From Myxococcota bacterium (GTDB taxonomy: Bacteria > Myxococcota_A > Polyangia > Nannocystales > Nannocystaceae): a stretch of 64,000 bases of DNA. Both the position numbers and the translations under genes were made by a program. Positions 19,875 through 31,509 of this stretch are shown here, piece by piece; positions within the stretch are counted from its first letter, which is position 1, and the number at the start of each line of letters is the position of its first letter. Below the pieces are notes generated by a model. That model worked only from the letters and a program-made list of their open reading frames with translations. It was not told where the DNA came from and searched no databases. The DNA lies in contig JBCCHT010000057.1 of assembly GCA_039028615.1 (NCBI GenBank), forward strand, positions 1 through 64,000. The letters are read 5' to 3'.

Positions 19875-21836
19875 TCAGCTCGCGTCGTCGGTGGCGGGGG
19901 CGTCCGGGCTCGACTCGGTCGGTTCCGCGTGCTCGGCTCCCTCGGCCGCGGCTTCGCGTCGGAGCGGGTGCGGCAGCGTCGGCAGGCGCTCGTACTCGCC
20001 GCGCTCCATCAGCAGCTCGAGGCCGTCGATGATCAGGGGCGGCGAGGTGACCTGCACGTCGACGGTCTGGCTGAGGATGCCGTCCATGCCCACGTCGGAT
20101 GCGAAGCCGCCGAAGGAGCCCACGGGCAGGCGCAGGCGCTCGGTGTGCTCGGGCTGGCCGACGGCACGGATGCGTCGGAGCGCCCGGATCGACGCGGGCG
20201 CCAAGATGGCCCCTCGCACGAGCGTGCGCTTGCCGCTGGCGTCGACGCGGAAGACCCGAGCGGGCAGCGGAAGATCGAGCTTGCCCGTGCCCGCGTAGGC
20301 GGCCGCGCTGGACCGCATGACCGAGCCGAGCACGGTGCCGTCGCGCAGGGCCTCGACCACGTAGGCGAAGTCGTAGCCGTCCTCGCGGGCGCGCCGAAGC
20401 AGCTCGCGCTGTAGACCGGTCGGGTTGAGGCCCCGTTTGCGACTACGAAGCCGCAGGTTGCTCAGCGCGGGGCCGATCTCGAGCGAGGGGGTCATGCGGG
20501 CGCGACCGTTGCTCTGGGTGCCGTGATGGGGGTTGGGCACGCGCGTGAGCAGCAAGTCCCGCAGGACCCCGGCTTCGACCAAGGTGACCGGCCCGGGCAC
20601 GAAGCCCTCGATGTCGATGGCGAAGTCGCCGAACCCCTTGGGCTGCGTGGGGTCGTCGACGAGATCGAGATAGGGCGGCAGCACCGTCTTGCCGACCTTG
20701 TTCTGCCACGCGGGCTCGAGGTCCATGACCCGGCCTCCGTCGGCCAGCGGCGCGGGATAGCCCGAGGCCTCGGTCGCCACCGTGGACGCGAGGAACTGGG
20801 CCGGAGCCGCCCCGACCAGCAAGATCGGGCCGTCGTACTCCTCTTCGATCATCGGCGCGTCGACCTGCTCTTGCAGCTCGCGCAGCACCTGGTCGACGAG
20901 CGCCTCGCCCTTGGCCCGCAGCGCATCGTCGATCGCGGGGACGCCCTCGAAGTGCAGGGCGAGGCCATGGTCGAGGGGCATGCCGTCGGGGGCCTGGGTG
21001 TCGGCCACCACCGCCAGCACCGAGCGCTCACGGGTGCGCACCACCACCACGCCATCGGAGGTGACCACCGTCTCGTGGCTGCGCAGCACCTGGAAGTGCA
21101 CGTCGCCGTTGTCGATGGTGGGCGCCTGCTCGAAGCGCCCGGAGAGGTCGGCGACCAGCGTCGCGAAGCCGGCCCGGTCGACGTCGTCGCCACGGAACAG
21201 CCGATGGTCGTCGACGGGTGCGGGCGCGGGGCCGAGATCGGGCAGCGTCGTCTCGGTGGACAGCTGCTCGAGCGCGACTTCCTTCTGCGAGTAGGCCACG
21301 GTGGCGCCGCGGAAGGCCCGGTCGAGGGCGAGCCAGACCTGCTTGCGGAGGTAGCGGGGATCGGGATCGACGGGCACGTCGAGCCGGGTGATGCCCGCGT
21401 CGCTGCCGAAGAAGTTGCTGTCGTCGCGCTCGGGCGTGCCCACGCGCAGCTCGACGATGCCGGCCGCCTGCTGCTGGAGCACGTTGGTGATGACGCCGCC
21501 GTAGGAGCCATCGAGGCTGAGCAGCTCGGCGCGGACCCAGCGGGCCTGGGCGCGATGCGGGGCCGGGGTGTCGGGCAGGCTCAGGCCTTCGACGCCGCGC
21601 ACCAGCTCGGCGCGCACGGCCTCGACCTCGTCGAGACGGGCCTTCTTCCATTCTTCTTCGGTGAGCTCGGGAGCGGCGGGAGCCTCCGTCGCGGCGCTCG
21701 AGGCCTCTGCCTCGGGGCTCGCGACCTCCGGGGACGGACTGGCGGGGCTCTGCTCGGGGGCCGCGGTGGCCTGCCCGGCGGTGCTCATACCCAGCGCGAG
21801 CACGAGGGCGGTGGCCAGCTTCGTGGTGCGGTTCAT
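19875..21836 (-). CDS. TldE/PmbA-like (non-catalytic) metallopeptidase subunit with signal peptide
   Basis: LDLVDDPT, DIEG, LVEAGVL, SNGRAR; lacks HExxGH; Sec-like N-terminus. Confidence 0.85.
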   Translation of the reverse strand: MNRTTKLATALVLALGMSTAGQATAAPEQSPASPSPEVASPEAEASSAATEAPAAPELTEEEWKKARLDEVEAVRAELVRGVEGLSLPDTPAPHRAQARWVRAELLSLDGSYGGVITNVLQQQAAGIVELRVGTPERDDSNFFGSDAGITRLDVPVDPDPRYLRKQVWLALDRAFRGATVAYSQKEVALEQLSTETTLPDLGPAPAPVDDHRLFRGDDVDRAGFATLVADLSGRFEQAPTIDNGDVHFQVLRSHETVVTSDGVVVVRTRERSVLAVVADTQAPDGMPLDHGLALHFEGVPAIDDALRAKGEALVDQVLRELQEQVDAPMIEEEYDGPILLVGAAPAQFLASTVATEASGYPAPLADGGRVMDLEPAWQNKVGKTVLPPYLDLVDDPTQPKGFGDFAIDIEGFVPGPVTLVEAGVLRDLLLTRVPNPHHGTQSNGRARMTPSLEIGPALSNLRLRSRKRGLNPTGLQRELLRRAREDGYDFAYVVEALRDGTVLGSVMRSSAAAYAGTGKLDLPLPARVFRVDASGKRTLVRGAILAPASIRALRRIRAVGQPEHTERLRLPVGSFGGFASDVGMDGILSQTVDVQVTSPPLIIDGLELLMERGEYERLPTLPHPLRREAAAEGAEHAEPTESSPDAPATDDAS

Positions 21837-23659
21837 CGGGACCTCCCGAACGCCGCGCCTTCACTCGGCGGAGGCAGCAATGGTGGTCGATCGCGGTCGT
21901 GGGCCGCCCGCTCGATCTCGATGCTCTCGAGCAGCAGCGAGGGGCTCACCGCGCTCACGGGCACCCAGCCCGACTCCGCCCCGCACATGCCGTTGAAGAT
22001 CCCGGGCTGGTCGTCGGTGGCGATGATGGTGTTGAAGGCCGAAAGCGGCGTGCCGACGATCTCGACCCCGCGCACCAGCTCGTCGGGGCGGCCCGGCTCG
22101 GGGTAGACGCGATAGACGAGCAAGGGCGTGACCCGGAACGCCTGCGGCCCGCTGCGGTCGGTGATGGTGTAGCCGCCGTCGATGTCGGAGAACACCAGCC
22201 CGTAGGGCCGACCCTGGCGCTTGATCTCGGCCACCAGCTGCTGCCGAAGCTCGCGTCGCGTGTACGACTTGCGCGAGGTGACCACCAGGTTGCCCTGGCG
22301 CGCGACCGTTTGATAGCCGGGCTCGCGGCGACCGTGGCCGTTGCTGCGCTTGAAGGGCAGCACGGGCGAGCGACCGAGCAAGAAGGTCTCGAGCCGACCC
22401 CGCTCGACCAGCAGCACTCGCTCGGAGGGCACCCCCTCGTCGTCGATGAAGTAGTGCCCGGACAGCGGCATGCCACCCAGCGAGCTCACCGTGGGGTCAT
22501 CGACCACGTCGAGGAACGAGGGCAAGATGCGACGCTCGAGCTTGTTGGTGAAGGTCTGGCCCTCGAGGTCGTCTTTTTGGCGGTGCCCCTCGAGGCGATG
22601 GCCGAAGATCTCGTGGAAGAACACGCCCGCGGCTCGCCCCTCCAAGATGGCGGGCCCGGTGTAGGGCTCGGCGAGCGGGGCCTCGCGCAGCGCGAGCAGC
22701 TCGGCCTGCAGGCGCTCGGCCGCCTCGTTGACCTGCTCGAGGGTGGGGAGCTGATCGATGGCGTGGGCCTCGAAGCTCTCGGAGCGCTGCAGCAGCATGC
22801 CGTCCTCGGCCTGCGCCTGGGCACCGAGCATGATCCGCAGCCGGGCCCGGCCCGTCTGCACCCGCGTGCCTTCGGTGTCCACGGTGTAGCGGTTTTGCAC
22901 CTCGCCGCTCAGGGTGACCGAGCTGCGCAGCACCAGCGGGTCGCTGCCCAAGGTGGCCGACGCCTGGGCCAGCTTGTCGCGCCAGGCCTCGCGCACCGCC
23001 GACAGGTCCATCTCGTGGGCGGGCTCGAGGTGCACGGTGGGCTCCTCGCGGCTGAAGTCGGGATGGTCGGGGCTCTCATCGTCGCTGCGCAGCTGCTCGC
23101 TGCTCTCGACGTCGCGGAGCTTGGTGACCGCCGCCTTGTACTGCGACTCGGTGTCGAGCCAGATCGCCTGCGCGAGCGACAGCTCGACGTCCTCGAGCGT
23201 GACCGGCAGCCCCGAGCCGAGGCCGTTGCCCGGCCCGTAGTCGCCCCCGAGGCTGTGGCTATTGTCGAGCTGGTAGTCGCCCACCCGCACGTCGATGTCG
23301 AGCGTGCGCCGGGCATCCCGATCGTCGCGCATGACGGCGCCGTACTCCGCCGCGACATAGAGTTCGTCGATGGCAGTGACCGTGTAGCCCATGTAGTACG
23401 CGGGCGGGTCGAGGTCGGGCGCGCTGAGCAGCGCGAAGTTGCGATCGAGCTCGGTCGAGAGCAGGTCGAGCACGGCGGCGGGCTCGCCCTTCTTGGCCTC
23501 GATGCGGTCCATGACGATCCGCGGGCCCCCCTTGCGCTTGCCTCCACCCCACACCCGGGAATCGGGCGGGTCGCTCTTGCGGGGGTGGCATGCCAACGCG
23601 AAGGCACCCGTGAGCGCTCCGGCCAACGCGAGCATACCGAGGGAGCGGAGTCGAACCAT
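21833..23659 (-). CDS. TldD-family metallopeptidase, lipoprotein
   Basis: HEIFGHRLEG, DDEG, SNGHGR, GMCGAESG; lipobox ALAC; ATGA coupling to its partner. Confidence 0.9.
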   Translation of the reverse strand: MVRLRSLGMLALAGALTGAFALACHPRKSDPPDSRVWGGGKRKGGPRIVMDRIEAKKGEPAAVLDLLSTELDRNFALLSAPDLDPPAYYMGYTVTAIDELYVAAEYGAVMRDDRDARRTLDIDVRVGDYQLDNSHSLGGDYGPGNGLGSGLPVTLEDVELSLAQAIWLDTESQYKAAVTKLRDVESSEQLRSDDESPDHPDFSREEPTVHLEPAHEMDLSAVREAWRDKLAQASATLGSDPLVLRSSVTLSGEVQNRYTVDTEGTRVQTGRARLRIMLGAQAQAEDGMLLQRSESFEAHAIDQLPTLEQVNEAAERLQAELLALREAPLAEPYTGPAILEGRAAGVFFHEIFGHRLEGHRQKDDLEGQTFTNKLERRILPSFLDVVDDPTVSSLGGMPLSGHYFIDDEGVPSERVLLVERGRLETFLLGRSPVLPFKRSNGHGRREPGYQTVARQGNLVVTSRKSYTRRELRQQLVAEIKRQGRPYGLVFSDIDGGYTITDRSGPQAFRVTPLLVYRVYPEPGRPDELVRGVEIVGTPLSAFNTIIATDDQPGIFNGMCGAESGWVPVSAVSPSLLLESIEIERAAHDRDRPPLLPPPSEGAAFGRSR

Positions 23660-23782
23660 TGCGGACAAGGGTAGCCCGGCCACTGGGTCCCGGCTCACCC
23701 CTTTTGAACCCGATCTAGGGGGATTTGTTTGCTGGCTCGCGTCCGATGCCACAAACGCGGGACGAGGGTAATCTTGGGCCCG

Positions 23783-25663
23783 ATGGCCGCGCCGAAGATT
23801 CCGGTCTACACGCCCATCCTCACCCCGGAGGATGCAGCGGCGGTGGAGGCCACGGTGGCCAGCGGGTGGGTCTCCGGCACGGCGCCGGTCGTCGGGCGGT
23901 TCGAGCGGGCCTTCGCCGACTACTGCGGGGCCCGGGGTGGAGCCGCCGTGAACAGCGGTACGACGGCCCTGGAGGTCGCCCTGATCGCCCTGGGCGTCGG
24001 GCCCGGCGACGAGGTCCTCCTCCCCGCGTTGACCATCATTTCATGTGCGCAGGCCATCCTCGCCGTGGGCGCGACCCCGGTGCTGGTCGACGTCGACCCG
24101 CGTACCTGGGGTCTGGACGTCGACGCGGCCCTTCGCCGGGTCGGGCCCCGGACCCGCGCCGTCATGGCCGTCCACCTCTTCGGTCACCCGGTAGATCTCG
24201 ATCGACTGAGACCACTGCGGGACCGCGGGATCGCCTTGCTCGAAGACGCGGCCCAGGCCATCGGCTCTCGGGTCCGCATCCACGGCGAGTTCGTGCGCTG
24301 CGGCAGCGTCGGTGATGCGGCCGCGTTCAGCTTCTACGCCAACAAGAGCATCACCACCGGAGAAGGCGGCATGGTGCTGGGCGCGTCCCCGCCGATCGTC
24401 GACCGGGCCCGCAGTGCCGCCAACTTGTTCTTCGGCCGGGAGCATCGCTATCGCCACGAGGAGCTGGGACGCAGCTACCGAATGAGCGGCATCCAGGCCG
24501 CCCTGGGGCTGTCGCAGCTGGCTCGCCTCGATGCGCTGCTCGAGCGCAAGCGGAGCGTCGACCAGCGCTATCGGGAGAGGCTCGACGATTTCGACCGGGT
24601 CTCGTTCATCGAGACCCAGCCCTGGGCCGCGCCCGTGCCTTGGATGGTGGCGGTGCGGCTTCACGGCGCCGAAGCGTCGGAGGTCCAGCGGCGCCTGGCC
24701 GAGCGCGGCATCGACTCCCGGCGGCTCTTCGTCGGCCTGCACGAGCAACCTGCGCTACGTGGGCGCGGTGTCGATGGAGATCGTGGGTTCGAGGTCACCG
24801 AGGCCCTCAGTCGCCACGGCCTGTATCTCCCCTCGTCGCCAGACCTCGACACCGCGCAGATCGAGCGGGTCTGCGACACGCTGCGGGAGGTGCTGCATCC
24901 GTCTACGCGCACCGCCTCGTCTCGGGAGTTCGGCCCGCGCTACGCCTCGGTCTACGACGCGATCTATGCCGACAAGCCCTACGCACTGGAGGTCGACCGG
25001 GTCCTCGCCGCGCTGGCTCGGTTCGGCGATGCCCCGCCCGCGCGGGTACTCGACCTGGGGTGCGGTACCGGGCGCCACGCGCAGCTGCTGGCGAAACGGG
25101 GCCTCGCCGTCACCGCCGTCGATCGCTCCGAGTCGATGCTGGTCGCGGCCTCCGACGAGTCCGAGGTGCGCTTCGTGCAAAGCGACATCGCGGCGCTCTC
25201 GCTGGACGTCGAGCCCTTCGATGCTGCGCTGATGATGTTTGCGGTGCTCGGCTACCAGGCCACGGACGAGCAGCTGTCGCGCTCTCTGGCCGCCGTGCGG
25301 GCCCACCTGCGCCCGGGAGGCTTGTTCGTCGCCGACTTCTGGCTGACGGGCGCGGTGCTCCAGCAACCTCCCGCCGAGCGAGCGACCCAGTTCACCGCCG
25401 ACGGGCAGGCGTGGGTACGGCGAGCCCGGCCCCACCACGACCGAGAGCGCAACGTGGTCACCGTGCACTTCGACCTGGAAGACGAACACGGGGTGACGCA
25501 GAGCACCGAGGTCCACCGCGTTCGCCACTTCGACGAGCCACAGCTGCGCGCCGCCTTGGCGGAGGCCGACCTCGAGCTGGTGCACCTGGGCAACTGGCCC
25601 GACATCGACGCCCCACCCACTCACGACGGCTACTCGGCATGCCTGATCGCCCGCGCGCGCTGA
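23783..25663 (+). CDS. DegT/DnrJ/EryC1/StrS (perosamine synthase-like) aminotransferase fused to class I SAM methyltransferase
   Basis: NSGTTAL, EDAAQA, SFYANKSITTGEGG (PLP Lys); then YDAIYADKPY and VLDLGCGTGRH in the same ORF. Confidence 0.9.
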   Translation: MAAPKIPVYTPILTPEDAAAVEATVASGWVSGTAPVVGRFERAFADYCGARGGAAVNSGTTALEVALIALGVGPGDEVLLPALTIISCAQAILAVGATPVLVDVDPRTWGLDVDAALRRVGPRTRAVMAVHLFGHPVDLDRLRPLRDRGIALLEDAAQAIGSRVRIHGEFVRCGSVGDAAAFSFYANKSITTGEGGMVLGASPPIVDRARSAANLFFGREHRYRHEELGRSYRMSGIQAALGLSQLARLDALLERKRSVDQRYRERLDDFDRVSFIETQPWAAPVPWMVAVRLHGAEASEVQRRLAERGIDSRRLFVGLHEQPALRGRGVDGDRGFEVTEALSRHGLYLPSSPDLDTAQIERVCDTLREVLHPSTRTASSREFGPRYASVYDAIYADKPYALEVDRVLAALARFGDAPPARVLDLGCGTGRHAQLLAKRGLAVTAVDRSESMLVAASDESEVRFVQSDIAALSLDVEPFDAALMMFAVLGYQATDEQLSRSLAAVRAHLRPGGLFVADFWLTGAVLQQPPAERATQFTADGQAWVRRARPHHDRERNVVTVHFDLEDEHGVTQSTEVHRVRHFDEPQLRAALAEADLELVHLGNWPDIDAPPTHDGYSACLIARAR

Positions 25664-26418
25664 CCCTGTCGTTGGTGCTGCCCGTCCTGGACGAGGCCGA
25701 CAACCTTCGCGAGCTGCTGCCGCCGCTGCTCGAACGCGTGCCCCACCTGCACGAGATCATCATCGTCGACGACGGGTCGACCGACGGGTCCGGGGCGCTG
25801 GTGGAGACAATGGCGAAGTCCGACCCGAGGCTCCGCTGGCTCGCCCGAAACGGGGCTCCGTCGCTGACGGACTCGCTTCGCGAAGGGTTCGCCGCCGCCA
25901 CGGGAGACCTCATCGGCTGGATGGATGCGGACGGCACCATGCCGATCGCCGACCTTCACCGCCTCGCCGAGGCGGTTCGGGACGGAGCCGCGCTCGCGGT
26001 GGGCTCCCGGTTCGTCCCCGGCGGCGGCATCAAGGGCGAGCTCGACGGCGGGCGTATGGCCGCGCTCTTGCGGGTCGGTCGCTCCCGCGACCCGGTCCTG
26101 CCCGTGCTGCTCAGCTGGGCCCTCAATACCGTCGTGGTCCCCGTGATCGTCCGCGACGGGGTGCACGACTACACCAGCGGCTTCGCGGTGGGGCGGCGAG
26201 AGGTGGTGCAGGGCTTCGAGCTTCGCGGGCGCCACGGAGAGTACTTCGTGAGCCTCTTCGCCCAGGCCCGACGACGAGGACACGAGGTCGTCGAGCTGCC
26301 CTACCGCGCCCGCCCGCGCACGACCGGGCAATCCAAGAGCGTCGGTCGCTGGATGGACTACGTCACCCGCGGTCGCCAGTACCTGGGCGCGGCGTGGGCC
26401 GCCCGCGACCTGGCCTAG
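25639..26418 (+). CDS. GT2 glycosyltransferase (polyprenol-phosphate mannose synthase-like)
   Basis: LVLPVLDEA, IIVDDGSTDGS, WMDADG, GSRF, DYTSGF, R..GQSK. Confidence 0.9.
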   Translation: MPDRPRALTLSLVLPVLDEADNLRELLPPLLERVPHLHEIIIVDDGSTDGSGALVETMAKSDPRLRWLARNGAPSLTDSLREGFAAATGDLIGWMDADGTMPIADLHRLAEAVRDGAALAVGSRFVPGGGIKGELDGGRMAALLRVGRSRDPVLPVLLSWALNTVVVPVIVRDGVHDYTSGFAVGRREVVQGFELRGRHGEYFVSLFAQARRRGHEVVELPYRARPRTTGQSKSVGRWMDYVTRGRQYLGAAWAARDLA

Positions 26419-26424
26419 GCCCGC

Positions 26425-27405
26425 TCAGCGCTCGACGACGACGCGGTCCTGCCACGGCCAGCGGTGACCGTTTTCGGCGAACCACCGCACCGTGCGCTCG
26501 AGCCCCTCTTTGAGGGACACCTTGGGCGCCCACCCCGTCGCCTCGCGGAGCAACGTGGAGTCGGCCTGCAGGTGATCGATGTCGTTGTGCCGATAGCGGG
26601 TGTCGTCGACCTCGAGCTCGAGCTTGCCGCCCATGATCTCGGCCACGTACTCGGCCACCTCGCGCACGCTGTGGCTGTGATTCGACCCGATGTTGACGGC
26701 CTGGCCGGCCGCGATGGCCGACGAGTTCATCGTGGCGATGAGGGCACGCCCCGTGTCTTGGACGTAGGTGTAGTCGCGCCGCGCATCGACATTGCCCAGG
26801 CGAATCGGCCCGCCCAGGTGGTGCTGCCGAATGATCTCGGGGATCACGTAGGGCTCGGTCTCCCGCGGGCCGTAGCAGTTGAACAGCCGGGCGACGACGA
26901 CCGGGATGCCGTGCTCCCGATGCAGGGTGAAGCTGACCCGGTCGGCGGCGAGCTTGCTGACCGCGTAGGTGTTGGCGGCCGACAGCGGGTGCGTCTCGGT
27001 CAGCGGCACCGCGCCCGGGTTGCCGTAGACCTCGGCCGTGCTGGCGTAGACGATGCGCTCGACCTCGTACTCCCGGCACGCCATCAGCAGATTCAGGTGC
27101 CCCTCGAGGTTCACCCGGATGAATCGCCGCGGCATGTCGTACGCGGTCGGCACGTAGGTCTCGCCGACGAGGTTGAAGACGCGCTCGGGTCGGTACTGCT
27201 TGAAGGCCGAGAGCACGCACCATTCGTCGAGCAGATCGACCGTCACCACGTCGATTTCGGAGCGCAGGTGGGCGAGGTTGGCTCGGGTGCCGGTCTGAAA
27301 GTTGTCGAAGACGACGACTCGGGCGCCTTCGCGAACCAGCTCTTCGACCAGCGATGATCCGACGAAGCCAGCACCCCCGGCGACCAATACCCTCGTGCCT
27401 CGCAT
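26425..27405 (-). CDS. NAD-dependent nucleotide-sugar epimerase/4,6-dehydratase
   Basis: VAGGAGFVG, STAEVYG, YAVSK, FNCYGP, RDYTYV. Confidence 0.92.
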   Translation of the reverse strand: MRGTRVLVAGGAGFVGSSLVEELVREGARVVVFDNFQTGTRANLAHLRSEIDVVTVDLLDEWCVLSAFKQYRPERVFNLVGETYVPTAYDMPRRFIRVNLEGHLNLLMACREYEVERIVYASTAEVYGNPGAVPLTETHPLSAANTYAVSKLAADRVSFTLHREHGIPVVVARLFNCYGPRETEPYVIPEIIRQHHLGGPIRLGNVDARRDYTYVQDTGRALIATMNSSAIAAGQAVNIGSNHSHSVREVAEYVAEIMGGKLELEVDDTRYRHNDIDHLQADSTLLREATGWAPKVSLKEGLERTVRWFAENGHRWPWQDRVVVER

Positions 27406-27631
27406 CTCGCCTTCGGCATCCAATATACTCCATCCCGAACGGGCGTCGCCAGGCACCGAGCGGGCGTGAACCACGTTTCGAGCCGGGGACACCACGCTGC
27501 GAGACCGGCACGCAACGCAGCCAGCCCCGCGCAGAACACGGATTCACGGGCCCGCTACGGGAGCTGCGGTCTCCGGCTGCATCCTCGCCGCACCGCGCGC
27601 GGTTCTCCGCGGAGCTTGCTCTACGACTCGA

Positions 27632-28591
27632 TCAGCGGGGGTCCACGCCGTCACCCGACGACGCGGCCGAAGCCTCGCCCATGCGTCGCGCTCGGAGCCG
27701 CGAGAGCGCAGGCATGAAGGCTAGGCCCACCACGACCTGTGCCAACGCACTGCCAGCGGCCAGTGCGATCCCGGCCGAGACCAGGCTACCCAGCTGCTGT
27801 GCATTCACGGCGGTGCCGAGCAAGGCGAACGCGGTGAGGTCACGGGCCCCGATGCCGTGCGGCACCAGGGGCACCGCGCTGACCAGCGCGAGCACGGGCA
27901 TCACCGCCATGGTCTCCGCGAACGAGAACTCGAGGCCAAAGAACGCGTAGGCGATCCACAGCTCGGCGATGGCCAGCGCCATCATGGGCAGCCGCAGCAG
28001 CATGAGGGCGACCTGCGTGGTCACCCCGATCTGCTGGAGCTTGGCGAACACCCGCAGCCGCGACAGCACGGCGGGCGGCCGCAACAAGACCACGCCGTAC
28101 AGCGACGCCGCCACCAGGCACCCGATCACCCCGGCCGTCAGCCACCCCGGCGCATCCAACAACGCCACGGGCACGATGCCCAAGCCCACCAGCGCCCCGA
28201 GGGTCGTGCCGTAGCAGACCAAGGTCGTGGCCACGACGTCGGTGACCCCGGCCCCGCACACGCGAACCAGGAGCCAGCCCACCTGCGCCTGCCCCAAGTG
28301 GACATGAATCGCGCCGCCGAGATGAGCGGCGCCCCGCACCACCAGGTACTCCGAGCGCTTCAGGTCGGGCGCCGCGTGGCGATGGGTGGGCACCGCCGAG
28401 AGGCTGTCGAGCAGCAGGTTGAGCAGCGCAACGCCGACGCAGAACACGGCGTAGAGCAGCGGGTCGACCGTACGCAGCGCCGCGAGGACCGCATCGCCGG
28501 ACACGCTGCTCACCACCCACGCCACCGCCGACAGCCCCAGCACCCACTGCAGGACCAGCGCGCCACGGCCACCCGCCCGGCGCGTGATCAT
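27632..28591 (-). CDS. Multi-pass membrane protein, flippase-like (LPG-synthase TM / UPF0104)
   Basis: About 8 TM segments; PLVPHGIGARD motif; adjacent to sugar genes. Confidence 0.7.
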   Translation of the reverse strand: MITRRAGGRGALVLQWVLGLSAVAWVVSSVSGDAVLAALRTVDPLLYAVFCVGVALLNLLLDSLSAVPTHRHAAPDLKRSEYLVVRGAAHLGGAIHVHLGQAQVGWLLVRVCGAGVTDVVATTLVCYGTTLGALVGLGIVPVALLDAPGWLTAGVIGCLVAASLYGVVLLRPPAVLSRLRVFAKLQQIGVTTQVALMLLRLPMMALAIAELWIAYAFFGLEFSFAETMAVMPVLALVSAVPLVPHGIGARDLTAFALLGTAVNAQQLGSLVSAGIALAAGSALAQVVVGLAFMPALSRLRARRMGEASAASSGDGVDPR

Positions 28592-28703
28592 CGTGGCGGC
28601 ATCATCGGCGGAGCGGGGCACGGGGATTGCCCAGGATACCGCGCTTTTCGCAGGGTCGGGTCGCAGGCGCCCTGCGGGGAGGATGGCGCCGGCCGTCGCC
28701 GCG

Positions 28704-29993
28704 CTACAGCTCTTCGCGGAAGTCGAGCACCACTGGGTACCGGCCCTGAATCAGCGACAGCTCGGCCGCCGCCTCGGGCTCGCAGTGCAGGGTCTCCTCG
28801 AGCACGGCCGAGCTGGCGAAGTTGATGATCTCCCAGCCCTCGGGGTCGGGCACGAAGCTGTCGTCGCACTGGAACAGCGCGCCCGCGAACACGGTGCCGC
28901 AGACATCGTAGGCCTGGGCGATCTCGACGATGTTGTCCCCGCTGTCGTTGGACAGCGAGCACAGCCCGGAGAACGCGAGGTGACCCGTGTTGGCGATCCC
29001 CACCAGGCGTTTGCGCGGGGGCGTGGCGTCGTAGCCCGCGGTCTGGCTGGAGAACGCGACCACGCTGTCGGCCAGGGCCCCGAGCACCAGGCTGGACTCG
29101 ACCACGGGTCCGTCCTCGACCCCGCCCGCGGCCATCGGGATGATCACCTGGGCATCGGTGCCCGTGCCCGACACGGCATTGCCGCCCGCGCTGTGGCCCG
29201 ACGTGGCGATGCGGGTGCTGTCGATGCGATCGCCGAGGTCCTCGAGCCCGGGGATCTCACCCCGCACCGCCGACAGCATGATGCCCAAGTCGCCCTGGAG
29301 GTCCTGCGGGACCATGCCCGCGCCGCAGGCGATGCCGAGCAGGTCGGCCATGTACAGGCCGGGGTGGTCGGCCGCCATCACCACGAAGCCGCGGCTGGCC
29401 CAGTGCTCCATCTGCGGCAACGACTGGGTGCGGAAGCCGGCCGTGCCGTGCACGAACAGGATGACGGGATAGGGCCCGTTGTCGCCGTCGATGGGCACGT
29501 CGCGGTAGCAGTCGCAGTTCTGCCAGGGATTGTCCTCGTCGGGGATGAGCCCCTGCTCGGACTCGGGCAAGAACTCGCGGACGTCGTAGACGACCGGGTC
29601 GACGCCCGCCTCGGATCCGGGCGCGGCCGGGTACCAGACCTCGACGGTGAGGCCATCGAGGTCGACGGTTCGCGCCCCGACCTCCCAGGGCCCGCGCTGC
29701 GCCGTGTCGGCCGGGCGCGGGGGCAAGGTCACCCCTTCGCAGCTGCCCATCAGCTCGGCTCCGCCACCGTCGGTGCCGGTCGAGTCCACACCGTCATCGC
29801 TCGAGTCGACGTCGGTGCCCGGGGTGGGCTCACCCGTGGAGTCGGCCGCTTCGGTGGTCGCCACCGAGGTCGCGGCGGTCGAGCCCGCCATCTCGGTTTC
29901 GCCTTCGGTGCCCGCCGGGCTCGAGTCGTCGCCACAGGCCCCGAGCACGAGTGCCACTGCCACGCCCCAGATCTGCTTCGTACCGCGTTTCAT
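28704..29993 (-). CDS. Lipoprotein alpha/beta hydrolase (chlorophyllase/PAF-AH-like)
   Basis: Lipobox LGAC; VWYP, FVHG, ASRGFVV, GHSAGG, GHLAF. Confidence 0.85.
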   Translation of the reverse strand: MKRGTKQIWGVAVALVLGACGDDSSPAGTEGETEMAGSTAATSVATTEAADSTGEPTPGTDVDSSDDGVDSTGTDGGGAELMGSCEGVTLPPRPADTAQRGPWEVGARTVDLDGLTVEVWYPAAPGSEAGVDPVVYDVREFLPESEQGLIPDEDNPWQNCDCYRDVPIDGDNGPYPVILFVHGTAGFRTQSLPQMEHWASRGFVVMAADHPGLYMADLLGIACGAGMVPQDLQGDLGIMLSAVRGEIPGLEDLGDRIDSTRIATSGHSAGGNAVSGTGTDAQVIIPMAAGGVEDGPVVESSLVLGALADSVVAFSSQTAGYDATPPRKRLVGIANTGHLAFSGLCSLSNDSGDNIVEIAQAYDVCGTVFAGALFQCDDSFVPDPEGWEIINFASSAVLEETLHCEPEAAAELSLIQGRYPVVLDFREEL

Positions 29994-30213
29994 CCTCAAT
30001 CTCCCTCACCTACGTAGGTCTCCGGTGTACCACTGCGACGCGGCGCCGTCATGCGTCACCGCGTCGACGAGCGCCACGATCCGGGACGGTCAACGAGCCG
30101 AGCGTCGCCACCACGCGCCCGGCGAACGCAGCCGTGGACGTAGTCGGTCGCCCGTGCCCCGGGTTCAATATGCAACGAGCACGGGCGAGCGAGACTGCGG
30201 TACGGGCGACGAG

Positions 30214-31359
<1,146 letters not shown>

Positions 31360-31509
31360 GGGCAGGCGGCAGCCTATCAAGTGCACCCAGGCCACGAACC
31401 CGGCTTTGTGTCGCGATGAGCGGGTACGCGCTTGCACCGCGCTTCTGACCGCTCGTATCCTCTGTAATGGGTAGCCCGTCATCCGTCCCACCAGGGATGC
31501 GGGCGCGCC

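Noticed and set aside
23783..28591. Antibiotic (macrolide or aminoglycoside) biosynthetic cluster
   Set aside because: No PKS, NRPS or GT1 genes nearby; GT2 plus a flippase-like protein points to envelope glycosylation.
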